From positions 64,001 to 128,000 of IMG/VR virus record IMGVR_UViG_3300036715_001140: 64,000 bases of DNA; one strand, 5' to 3'. Numbering within the stretch: position 1 is the first letter of the stretch; each line of letters opens with the position of its first letter. The notes beneath the pieces are model-generated. The model was not told the origin of the DNA. It saw only the letters and a program-made list of their open reading frames with translations, and made no database searches. Source of the stretch: a virus. Positions 49,560 through 58,345 of this stretch are shown here, piece after piece. The position numbers and the translations under genes are program-made.

Positions 49560-49923
49560 TAATTAAAGATTTAATATCTGACGGTAATTTTTTTACTGAG
49601 TGTTTTTCACCATATCTAGACACCTGTGATGTAATCCAATTCTTTATTTGTTCTGTAGAAGTTAATTGAGATTGCTCTGTTAATTCTATCTCTGACAACC
49701 AAGGAAATTGTGCTAGAATAAAAGGTCTACATAAAACACTAGCTCTAGGAACCATAGATATTGGCACATCTGTAGAAAATAAATAATCCATAAACTCTTT
49801 AGTACCTAAAATAAGTTTAGGACTATACAACCTACCTGTAGATACGGTAAGTAAATCTCCCAAATGAAATTCTTTTTGTTGTTCCTCATTTGTTGAACTT
49901 TTAGTATTATTGTTGTAGGACAT
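49537..49923 (-). CDS. conserved phage hypothetical protein (FHLGDLLTVSTGRL type)
   Basis: ORF track; recognisable phage-type motif. Confidence 0.55.
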   Translation of the reverse strand: MSYNNNTKSSTNEEQQKEFHLGDLLTVSTGRLYSPKLILGTKEFMDYLFSTDVPISMVPRASVLCRPFILAQFPWLSEIELTEQSQLTSTEQIKNWITSQVSRYGEKHSVKKLPSDIKSLIIGDTDEP

Positions 49924-50399
49924 TTACTTTTCTCCAGTCTTTAAGAGAAGATATGATCTTTCTGCAAGTTTACATTTACGACTACGATAAAAACATGTAA
50001 CAAATTTTTGTTTTGACATTAAGGTTAATTGATCATCAAAAAGAGTACAAAAACCTGTAGGCAGATCATAAGCATTTTCAGCTATTGTAACTTTAAGTTT
50101 AGAACATGAACCACAAGTTTCTTTAGAACATGGAATACTATATACTATCTTCATTAGTCATCTCCTAGCTATTACAATTTATACATCCACGTATTCCATT
50201 ATGACTGAATATTACTTTTATACCAGTAAATTCTTCTTCAATCTTCTCAAGAAGAGCAGGATTGGTTAAAATTACTGCTATAGCTTCAACTAGATTTAAT
50301 GACTTAGTTATTCTTGAAATCCATTGGTTAAATATCTTTACATCCTTATTTTTTCCAGCCACTGTAAATATTAAGTTAGAACTTGAAGATCCTGAGTGT

Positions 50400-50705
50400 T
50401 TAGTAGTCATTTTTAATCTCCTTTAGTATAACTGTAGGTTTATTGGTTTTTATCTTAATAACGGATTTATTTACCTTTGGTAAAACAAAAGCTTTAAACT
50501 CTACACCAGAACCTTTATACGGTTGATTATTAATGGCCTTATAAAAAGAACTTTCTTCGATACCCAATACTTTTAATGGTCCATTAACTTGTACTGTAAT
50601 CTTATCCTGTTTTAATACTCCAGAAGATTCTCCACAACGACAAGACCTCACATCTGTAATTAGTTTAAATACATCATAACACTTTAAGCAATATGCAAGT
50701 TTCAT
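50400..50705 (-). CDS. Cys-rich hypothetical protein
   Basis: CLKC...CRCG. Confidence 0.55.
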   Translation of the reverse strand: MKLAYCLKCYDVFKLITDVRSCRCGESSGVLKQDKITVQVNGPLKVLGIEESSFYKAINNQPYKGSGVEFKAFVLPKVNKSVIKIKTNKPTVILKEIKNDY

Positions 50706-50709
50706 TTTT

Positions 50710-51528
50710 TTAGCCTCTTTCTTTCATTTTAGCGTTAAGTTCTTGTTTGAATTTATTTGTAACAGGTTTAGGTTCTACATCAGATTTAAGTTTGAAAGTT
50801 AATTTATATTCCATAGCTGTTGGTCGAATTTGAGTATGTGTCTCTACTATACATAATCCAAATCTGTTGGCAATATCCTCAGAGATATTTTTTATATCTT
50901 CATTTAATATTGACAACTCCGATGTTCCAAATTGCTTAAATTCATGATGTCCGACAACAGGTCTTTTAGTACTAACTGTTTCGTCTTGAACTTTAAGATT
51001 CAATAGTGATCGTGCTACATTGTAACACTTTGTACATAATCCTCCTGTTTTATAACCATCCTTTAAAGATACACCGTATAGTGTAATATCTTTGTGTGGA
51101 AATGATTTACCACAACAGTCACAAATTAGTTTTGTTGCATCAGACTTACAGATATTAACTACTCCATTGGTATTGTCTATTTCTTTAAAACATCTAAATG
51201 GTGCTAAACCTCCGCATTTTGTGGCGTAAGTAAAATGATACTTATCACCATGTTTGAAATTAACTTTTACTACAGTTCCATCAATATTAGAGTTGCAATA
51301 CTGTAGTTGCATAATTTTGTTAGAGATGTCTGGTTCAATTTGAAACAAAAGATTTGATTTAGTCCATTTTATCTGAGACAATGGAAGAACTATTACTTCT
51401 TTGGTAACTTTATTCCTGAGTGAATAACCGGAACTTGATACTTTTACTACTTTCATACGACTGTCATCTAACATTATAACTTTCATTCCCAAATGCTCTT
51501 CATGATGCTTCTTCATCCTAGCCTCCAA
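50710..51528 (-). CDS. hypothetical protein with zinc finger
   Basis: CDCC...LCTKC. Confidence 0.55.
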   Translation of the reverse strand: MEARMKKHHEEHLGMKVIMLDDSRMKVVKVSSSGYSLRNKVTKEVIVLPLSQIKWTKSNLLFQIEPDISNKIMQLQYCNSNIDGTVVKVNFKHGDKYHFTYATKCGGLAPFRCFKEIDNTNGVVNICKSDATKLICDCCGKSFPHKDITLYGVSLKDGYKTGGLCTKCYNVARSLLNLKVQDETVSTKRPVVGHHEFKQFGTSELSILNEDIKNISEDIANRFGLCIVETHTQIRPTAMEYKLTFKLKSDVEPKPVTNKFKQELNAKMKERG

Positions 51529-51798
51529 AGATTTTTAGCGTATGTTACTACAACTCCGACATTGTCTTTTTAATATGTACTATTCTAGTATTATGATAAT
51601 CTATCTTCTTCTTCTTACTTAGACTAAACTTAATTTGTGTTTTAATCTTTTGTTCCAAAATATCTACTGTTTCTTCTTATAAAGATAATCCAATGTTACT
51701 CTGTAAACAAGCAAACTTAATCCAAGCTGTAGCATGAGTATTTTCGGATTGATAGCAAATACATTCATAATACCTTACTTTAGCTGGTTACTAAAGAC

Positions 51799-52455
51799 CT
51801 ATTCAAATATTTGATTCACCTTATCTACATAATCTTGAAGATACATATTATATCTTGTATTATTATACTTTTTCATGATAGCCTTTATAGCTTCTTTCTT
51901 AGTATAAGAGCTACATCCTATTTGAACTTTAGTAAGGTCATCCTTATAAATAATAATAGCTCTATTATTAGTACCGCAATAGTACACTATTTTATGAATC
52001 AACCTGGTATCTTTATTTACTTTATCTTTGAACTCCCTTATAAATTCTTCTGATAACTTTTGATATTTAGATATGTAATACCAATCTACTTTATCTTTAA
52101 ACTCCCTTATAAATTCTTCTGATAGCTTTTGATAATTAGATATACAGTTCCAATCTACTTTATCTTTAAACTCCCTTATAAATTCTTCTGATAGCTTTTG
52201 ATAATTAGATATATAATACCAATTTACTATATCTTTAAACTCCCTTATAAATTCTTCTGATAACTTTTGGTATATAGATATACAATACCAATTTACTTTA
52301 GTCCTAAACTCCCTTATAAATTCTTCTGATAGAATTTGACATTTAGATATATAATACCAATCTATGCTATTCTTATCTTTAATCCTTTTTATATATTCTA
52401 TCTTGTTATTACTTTTACTAAATCCTTGTTCAGTAAACTTAGGTATTGCCCTCAT
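51799..52455 (-). CDS. tryptophan-repeat protein
   Basis: five 23-aa repeats VDWYYISKYQKLSEEFIREFKDK. Confidence 0.85.
   Translation of the reverse strand: MRAIPKFTEQGFSKSNNKIEYIKRIKDKNSIDWYYISKCQILSEEFIREFRTKVNWYCISIYQKLSEEFIREFKDIVNWYYISNYQKLSEEFIREFKDKVDWNCISNYQKLSEEFIREFKDKVDWYYISKYQKLSEEFIREFKDKVNKDTRLIHKIVYYCGTNNRAIIIYKDDLTKVQIGCSSYTKKEAIKAIMKKYNNTRYNMYLQDYVDKVNQIFE
52021..52365. repeat. 69-bp coding tandem repeat, five units
   Basis: AACTCCCTTATAAATTCTTCTGATA recurs every 69 bp. Confidence 0.95.
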
Positions 52456-53153
52456 AAATTGTTCTCCTTATTATTGTCAGTAGGCAAAAAAGACTCAAAC
52501 TTTTTTGAGGAAATCCTAATACAGCTGCTTAATTCAAAGGCAATAGTATAGTCTTTAGTCTGTAAGCGTGAATTATCTTTAATGTGTACCCACTGTCCTC
52601 GCCGAAATGCTGCGGAAGTATTACGTACTCCGTATACTTCTAGTTTACCAGATTCAAGTAGTTGTAAAACTCTATGTGCAGTAGTAGTAAAGGCAACTTC
52701 TGTTTTAAGCAGATAATAAAGATTATTGCCAAGATAGTGTATTGGAACAAGAATGGGCTTGTTTGTTACAACCTTGTTAGGCTCTTTACTATAAGTAGCG
52801 GGAGTTAAAGTCAACTTATGAGGAACCGAAAGCTTTTCAAAAGTAGTATTAGTATTTATTGCCCCAATAGAAGTGAGATTGTCAGCTACCTTTGGGTAGG
52901 CTTCAACAGCAAGTGCTGTCTTGACTGCTAACTCCAGTCTTTTACCTGTTTCTTTATACAAACCTGTTAAAATAGAGCCAGTAGTAGAATCAACTTTTTG
53001 ATCAAGTACTGCCTGCATTACTGTTCGTATTTCAGTAAACTCTTTCATTATGGGACTGCTAGTAACAATATTCGTAAACATTATACTTCTCCTTTCTGGT
53101 TGTAGGCTCAACTGCTTAAGATCTCGTTTTATTAACAGACTAATCCTTTTCAT
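52452..53153 (-). CDS. hypothetical protein
   Basis: ORF track; internal RBS suggests start at MFTNIV. Confidence 0.55.
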   Translation of the reverse strand: MKRISLLIKRDLKQLSLQPERRSIMFTNIVTSSPIMKEFTEIRTVMQAVLDQKVDSTTGSILTGLYKETGKRLELAVKTALAVEAYPKVADNLTSIGAINTNTTFEKLSVPHKLTLTPATYSKEPNKVVTNKPILVPIHYLGNNLYYLLKTEVAFTTTAHRVLQLLESGKLEVYGVRNTSAAFRRGQWVHIKDNSRLQTKDYTIAFELSSCIRISSKKFESFLPTDNNKENNL

Positions 53154-53270
53154 TTGTATTACCTCTTTAGAGGGTTCAACACAAGATGTCTATTTAAGTA
53201 TCCTACGGATATAAGCATCTGAAAGTTCTCGTATGCTATTTAAGGTCAGTTTCTTTTTAACCTCCATAGC

Positions 53271-53531
53271 CTACTCCTCATCCTCACTGAGTTCAGCAAC
53301 CAACTTTTTAATAGCTTTTTGTACCTTAGCAGCTTGCTCAAGAGTAAAACTTTTACATGGAGCTATAATGCTAGTTCCATCTTTCTTTGTTATTTTTGTT
53401 TTTATACTGATCTTAACTTCTCCGCCATCATAAGAATATGCTTCTACCAGAATCTTGGATGAATCACTAATTTTAATAGGTTTGCTAGTAGCTAGTACTT
53501 TATGCTTTTTACTGTCCCAGTTTGAAGCCAT
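53271..53531 (-). CDS. PC4/YdbC-like ssDNA-binding protein
   Basis: ILVEAYSYDGGEVKISI...SFTLEQA pattern; AAGGAG RBS. Confidence 0.45.
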   Translation of the reverse strand: MASNWDSKKHKVLATSKPIKISDSSKILVEAYSYDGGEVKISIKTKITKKDGTSIIAPCKSFTLEQAAKVQKAIKKLVAELSEDEE

Positions 53532-54120
53532 TTTAGTCTCCTTTAGACCCTAAGAATTGAAGGTAATGATAATTGCTTTTCTATCATTTTTCTTACCTGT
53601 CGATAATTATGCCATGTAATTAAAGAGTATGTTGGGTCTTTAGCATGAATACAACCAGTATTCTCTTTTGCACCACATTGAGCGCATACCCATGTCAAGT
53701 CTTTTGGCATTATTTTTTAACCTCCTTTCTTTTAGATTTGTTGGCATTAAGTTTCTTATGCAACTCTTTACCATAAAAGCAATTAATGTCAGAGTGGTCA
53801 TAAGCATAGCCAGAAATATACCATTGACCGGAGCTGTTAATTCCAAGCCTAGCTCCGCTTGATAGTAATATCTCATTGTTATTAAGATACACTTCAGCAT
53901 ACAGAAGTATTTTGTTTTTAAACAAACGATAGGATCAATTTTTCTTGCTTCATTTAAGATATATGAGAGGGGTGTTTCAAGATGAGACTTTAGGAGGGCA
54001 ATTGCTTTTTGCTTGGAGATCATCTTCACATTCATTTTCCTATCCTTTCTACAACTAAAAGAAAGTTTTGGAAAAATATCATCAACTCTTATTCAATTTT
54101 ATATGATATTTCCCTGTTTC

Positions 54121-54149
54121 AGTTTATCATAAATATAAATAAATGTCAA
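54121..54149 (-). promoter_or_regulatory. sigma-70-type promoter
   Basis: TTGACA-17 bp-TAAACT with TG extension. Confidence 0.65.
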
Positions 54150-54226
54150 ATATCAATTTTTGCACAACTCTTTGTTGTGCAATCTACATCTTTTAAAAAG
54201 TATGTATTTAAATTTATTAGGTTTTA

Positions 54227-54303
<77 letters not shown>

Positions 54304-54319
54304 ATTTTCTGATTATAAG

Positions 54320-54466
54320 TTACCTAACATGTTTGTGTGTGTCCGTGATCTTATGCATAAATTGATTCCAAAGAATCAGAGGTTTTGATAAACCTTTAAA
54401 GCCATTCATTTTCGTAAAATTACCTTTTACTTTACGAGCTTCTTTTGTTTCTTTAGCTTTCGCCAT
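54320..54466 (-). CDS. 48-aa basic protein
   Basis: GGAG RBS then MAKAKETKEARKVKGNF...HKHVR*. Confidence 0.5.
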   Translation of the reverse strand: MAKAKETKEARKVKGNFTKMNGFKGLSKPLILWNQFMHKITDTHKHVR

Positions 54467-54580
54467 TTTTAATCTCCATTTCTTATGATTTAATTACTGA
54501 ATTAAGATACTCTTGAAATCCGAATACTGCTTTGCCCAATCTACTAATTCAGGATTCCTCATGTAAATAATTTTTAGTTT

Positions 54581-54967
54581 TCATAACCATATCCCCATTT
54601 CTTTGTCAGTCCATAAAGAAGCATGAATTACAGATTTAGTATCTCTAAATCTAAGAGCCAGAAATTGCATTGGACCACTTGACCAAGGTTCAGCTTGAAG
54701 AAACTCTTCAACAGTAGACCCATTGTGCATGAAATATTGTTTTAGAATATGAGAATCTTCATCAAACATACCTTTAAGTACATTTGGAGTATCTTCTGAG
54801 TCTAATATACTCCTTTTAACTTTAGGTAAGATCTCATGCTTAATTACGTTACCATCTTTATCTAGATAGTCTCTTGTAGTTGTTTCAACATACTCAATCT
54901 TACGACAATGCTTTTGTAACCAGCGCTTAGCTTTTTCTGTTAATCCGATGAATTGTGTGCAACGCAT
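54581..54967 (-). CDS. hypothetical phage protein
   Basis: AAGGAGG RBS; MRCTQFIGL...EFLQAEPWSSGP. Confidence 0.65.
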   Translation of the reverse strand: MRCTQFIGLTEKAKRWLQKHCRKIEYVETTTRDYLDKDGNVIKHEILPKVKRSILDSEDTPNVLKGMFDEDSHILKQYFMHNGSTVEEFLQAEPWSSGPMQFLALRFRDTKSVIHASLWTDKEMGIWL

Positions 54968-55043
54968 GAGTTGGTCGCCTCCTTTTAGGAATTAGTAGAT
55001 CGAATGAACGCTCGATCTGATGCGTTTTACTCTTGAAAAAATA

Positions 55044-55120
55044 TGGTGGGCCTTCAGTGATTTGAACACTGTACCGTCCGGTTATGAGCCGGATGCTCTA
55101 GCCAATTGAGCTAAAGGCCC
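55044..55120 (-). tRNA. tRNA with CAU anticodon, probably tRNA-Ile2 (lysidine) rather than Met
   Basis: GGGCCT acceptor stem, TCCGG-CTCATAA-CCGGA arm; paired 1:72 excludes initiator. Confidence 0.88.
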
Positions 55121-55167
55121 TGATAAGTTGCTCTGGTTACAAAGGATGAGAATGTAAACTTATAACT

Positions 55168-55506
55168 TGGTGCGGGTGGCGAGACTCGAACTCGCACAGC
55201 CTTTCAGCCGAGGGATTTTAAGCATGTATGTCTGAAAGTTTCCAATCAGCATGGACTATATCTTTACCGCTTAAATTTGATTTAAGTACGGTAGTGGGCG
55301 CTCTAGCCTGTTATTAAGAACACTATAGTTCTCAGGTAGTCTCTGCACCTTCTGTAGTTGTAACTACAGCTTGGCTCAGGGTTAGCATATCTACATAATA
55401 TAGACTTAGCCTTCTCTGAGTTCACCCACAGTTTACTCAACTATTACTAATTGAGGGGGACTAACTTTCTGGTCTTCCCTTGTGTCTGCCATTCCACCAC
55501 ACCCGC
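55168..55506 (-). tRNA. tRNA-Leu(UAA), intron-containing (exons 55506..55476 and 55222..55168)
   Basis: joined exons give a perfect cloverleaf: GCGGGTG/CACCCGC-ACCA, AGGGA-CTTAAAA-TCCCT, long variable arm. Confidence 0.92.
55223..55475 (-). mobile_element. group I intron (253 nt, IC3-like, no ORF)
   Basis: P GAACTCAGAGAA, Q AACCCTGAGCCAAG, R GGTGCAGAGACTA, S AAGATATAGTCC, P3 GTGGGTG/CGCCCAC, terminal G. Confidence 0.92.
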
Positions 55507-55514
55507 ATGAAAAT

Positions 55515-55760
55515 TACGATTTAATCAGATAATTTGAAGTTATCTCTAAATCTGATACCTTGAATAGCGGAGCTAATCCTATAAAACAAATACAAGCGAG
55601 CCTATTTCACTCTAATCCACAAGGCGTGACAGCTAGTACTAGCTGGTGGAATTGCATTGTACTATTCCAACGAAACACTACATCGAGAGGTCATGCTCGG
55701 AAAGATTAAGAAATGCCGTTTCATACCTCAAGTGCGGATTTCTACCGCCGGCATATTCTT
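55515..55760 (-). ncRNA. candidate structured RNA upstream of tRNA-Leu(UAA)
   Basis: no same-strand ORF, GC-richer than flanks, several stems and a possible pseudoknot. Confidence 0.4.
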
Positions 55761-55774
55761 TATATCAACAGTGA

Positions 55775-56695
55775 TTAGTCTTCGTCATCATCATCATCAT
55801 CTTCTTCTTCGTCATCATCTTCTTCTTCGTCATCATCATCATCTTCGTCATCATCATCATCATCTTCATTCTCGTCATCGTCATCATCATCGTCTTCATC
55901 ATCGTCTTCATCATCATCATCTTCTTCTTCTTCGTCATCATCATCTTCTACTACTTTTTTACCTTTACCTTTTTTAGCCGGCTTTTCATCTTCTTCTTCT
56001 TCATCCTCGTCATCATCTTCGTCTTCTTCTTCCTCTTCTTCCTCTTCTTTGTGCTTAGAGGATTTCTTTTCTGGACGAGCCTTCTTAGCCTTCTTTTCTA
56101 CTTTTTCATCTACTTCAGCAGAAATATCAATATTAATACCTTCTGGTGATTCAGTGTTGACCAGAATAATCTCACCTTTCTTATTAACTACTTTGATAAA
56201 ACCAGTAGTCTTATCTACAGTTGACTCTCCAGAAACTTCATAGACACAGTCAAAGCCTTTGAACAAGACTTCACCGTGACCACCTTCCTCACCCTCAATA
56301 ACCAAGATATTCTTCATAGCGATATCACGCTTGATAGCTTTTGAACTCCGTGGCTTCTTATGGAGAAGAGTGAGTTTTTCAGAATCCATAGAAACAATAG
56401 TACCAGAAAGTGAACAGATAGTAAATCCTGATACGGTAACATCAACTTCAGATCCTGAACCATTTTTAATCTTTTTAGCTTTTGATCCTTTGTTTTCTTT
56501 TGTTGCTGCTGACACTGAAGGTTTACGACCACGAGTTTTCTCTTCTTTTACTGGCTTGGACTTAGAAGCCTTTGCTGCCCTCTCTGCTGCTTTTTTAGCT
56601 TCTCTTTCTTTAGCAGCTTTCTTTGCTGCCCTCTCTGCTGCTTTAGCTTCCTTCTTCAGACGAGCTTCTTTTTCAGCTTTAGTTTCTCTTGCCAT
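55775..56695 (-). CDS. protein with Lys/Ala-rich N-tail, beta-rich core and very long Asp/Glu tail
   Basis: translation; AGGAGG RBS; hairpin-containing leader. Confidence 0.75.
   Translation of the reverse strand: MARETKAEKEARLKKEAKAAERAAKKAAKEREAKKAAERAAKASKSKPVKEEKTRGRKPSVSAATKENKGSKAKKIKNGSGSEVDVTVSGFTICSLSGTIVSMDSEKLTLLHKKPRSSKAIKRDIAMKNILVIEGEEGGHGEVLFKGFDCVYEVSGESTVDKTTGFIKVVNKKGEIILVNTESPEGINIDISAEVDEKVEKKAKKARPEKKSSKHKEEEEEEEEDEDDDEDEEEEDEKPAKKGKGKKVVEDDDDEEEEDDDDEDDDEDDDDDDDENEDDDDDDEDDDDDEEEDDDEEEDDDDDDED
55778..56050. repeat. low-complexity GAN-codon tracts (poly-Asp/Glu)
   Basis: TCA/TCG/TCT trinucleotide runs on the plus strand. Confidence 0.9.
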
Positions 56696-56806
56696 TTTTA
56701 CATCCTCCTGTGATTTTTCTCAGTTCTTACTGAGAATTGTTTAGTGTGAACAACTCTAGTTTTCTTTACCAGCAGAATAAAACAATAATAATCTCGCTAC
56801 ATTTAA

Positions 56807-56820
56807 TATTAACAGTTTTA
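56807..56820 (-). promoter_or_regulatory. putative phage promoter motif TAAAACTGTTAATA
   Basis: intergenic copy upstream of 56695. Confidence 0.55.
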
Positions 56821-56832
56821 GTTATTGTTAAT

Positions 56833-57675
56833 TTATTCTACAGTCTCCTCTCTTACTTTTTTATTTGAAACCTCAGTTTTAGCTTTAACTTCTAAACAAA
56901 AATATGATCCATCTCTATTTTGATAAGTATGAGCACCTTCAATTACTTTCTTTGGTATGTAAGAATTGTCCAGTCTCTCCGATATGTCTTCGCATTCTAC
57001 CTTAGTTTGATCAATAACTACAATCCTAAGTAATTGAACTTTAATCTCTGAGTTATTTAAATCCAGTGGCTTTGTACCTTGTATATTTACAATTATGTCA
57101 TTTTCAACAACTGGTACTAATGCCTGGTTTTTACTATTATTTAGATCTCCTTGTTGTTTTATGAAAATCGCTCTTTTCAGTTGTCTTTTAGAGTTTAATA
57201 CATAACGACAACTAAATAGATTTGACATTGAACCACCACCTACACCAATTACAGGAATCTTTGTAGCCGTTCTTTGAATATCAAAGAACACCGGTGGTTT
57301 TTTAATCTTTAAGAACTCTTCTTTTACTAACATATCCACATACTTTGTATTACCTATTTCTACGCCGTATGAGATTGCTTTAAACTCTACTATCGACTTA
57401 TTCTCTGCATCTTCCGAATTTGAATTATAACTAATTAGTGCATTACACATTTTTCGCAATGCTTCTAAAGAGCTAAACTCAAGTATAACAACTGAACAAC
57501 TCGGGTCTAGTTCATTAAATTGAATTTCAAGGATACTCTCAAGATCAAAAGTAGGACTAATGGACTTAAGGTATTCAGGATTAGTTATAACTAAAATATT
57601 CTTATTACTAAAAAATTCCTGTTTAACATAGTTGTCAATTATGTTTTGCTTTGTTAAAATACTTATGTTAGGCAT
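56833..57675 (-). CDS. hypothetical protein
   Basis: ORF track; GGAGG RBS. Confidence 0.6.
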   Translation of the reverse strand: MPNISILTKQNIIDNYVKQEFFSNKNILVITNPEYLKSISPTFDLESILEIQFNELDPSCSVVILEFSSLEALRKMCNALISYNSNSEDAENKSIVEFKAISYGVEIGNTKYVDMLVKEEFLKIKKPPVFFDIQRTATKIPVIGVGGGSMSNLFSCRYVLNSKRQLKRAIFIKQQGDLNNSKNQALVPVVENDIIVNIQGTKPLDLNNSEIKVQLLRIVVIDQTKVECEDISERLDNSYIPKKVIEGAHTYQNRDGSYFCLEVKAKTEVSNKKVREETVE

Positions 57676-57705
57676 ATTACCTCCAAAAAGATTAAAACTA
57701 AATTT

Positions 57706-57734
57706 AATAGAGGGGACACTTTATCCCCTCTATT
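57706..57734 (-). terminator. intrinsic terminator
   Basis: AATAGAGGGGA/TCCCCTCTATT inverted repeat. Confidence 0.7.
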
Positions 57735-57761
57735 GTAAGATCAAACAATATCTAATTCTTA

Positions 57762-58274
57762 TTACTTCTTAGACTTCTTAGACTTCTTATCTTTCTTTAC
57801 AGATTCAGTCTTTTCAGTCTTACGAACTTTTGCTGAAGCCTTGTCAGTTTTATCAGTGGCTTTAGCCTGTGCTGCAACCATAGAATCTACTACAGCTTTA
57901 ACGTAAGGCAGCTTTGCTGCTTTTACTAGCTTCATAAAGGCCTTTCCAACAAGCTCAGAAACCTCGGCATTGAAGATAGTTTCAACTCCGCTTTGGATAG
58001 CTTTCTTGTCAGCTTTCTTTCCAGGAGTAAACAACTTACCAGCTTTCTTAGCAGCCTTTTCAATATCAGAAACTTGAACAGTAAGAACCAAAGCAGCTTC
58101 TTTATTAACTTCTTTACCTACATGGGCATTCTCTTTCTTTTCTTTCTTTTCTTTCTTGTCTTTCTTCATTGACCTTTCACCTTCTTTCTTTTTAGTTTTA
58201 ACTTCTACTGCTTGTGCTTTTGCCTCTGGTGCTGCTGATGCCGCACCAACAACTTTCTTCTTGTCTTTCTCCAT
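57762..58274 (-). CDS. Lys/Ala-rich histone H1-like basic protein
   Basis: composition; AAGGAG RBS; second in-frame RBS before MKKDKK. Confidence 0.6.
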   Translation of the reverse strand: MEKDKKKVVGAASAAPEAKAQAVEVKTKKKEGERSMKKDKKEKKEKKENAHVGKEVNKEAALVLTVQVSDIEKAAKKAGKLFTPGKKADKKAIQSGVETIFNAEVSELVGKAFMKLVKAAKLPYVKAVVDSMVAAQAKATDKTDKASAKVRKTEKTESVKKDKKSKKSKK

Positions 58275-58331
58275 CTTGATGTTTCTCCTTTCTGATAGTA
58301 GTACACTATAGTGTACTCTTAATTTTATAAT

Positions 58332-58345
58332 AATTAACAGTTTTA
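58332..58345 (-). promoter_or_regulatory. putative phage promoter motif TAAAACTGTTAATT
   Basis: copy overlapping the upstream stop codon, ahead of 58274. Confidence 0.5.

Noticed and set aside
52021-52365. 69-bp repeats as CRISPR array or DGR template/variable repeats
   Set aside because: Units are contiguous, in frame and lack unique spacers; differences are not adenine-specific and no reverse transcriptase or cas gene is in the window.
55223-55475. Homing endonuclease within the tRNA intron
   Set aside because: The intron is only 253 nt and has no ORF.
55657-55977. Plus-strand poly-His ORF
   Set aside because: Antisense shadow of the poly-Asp/Glu codons of 55775..56695.
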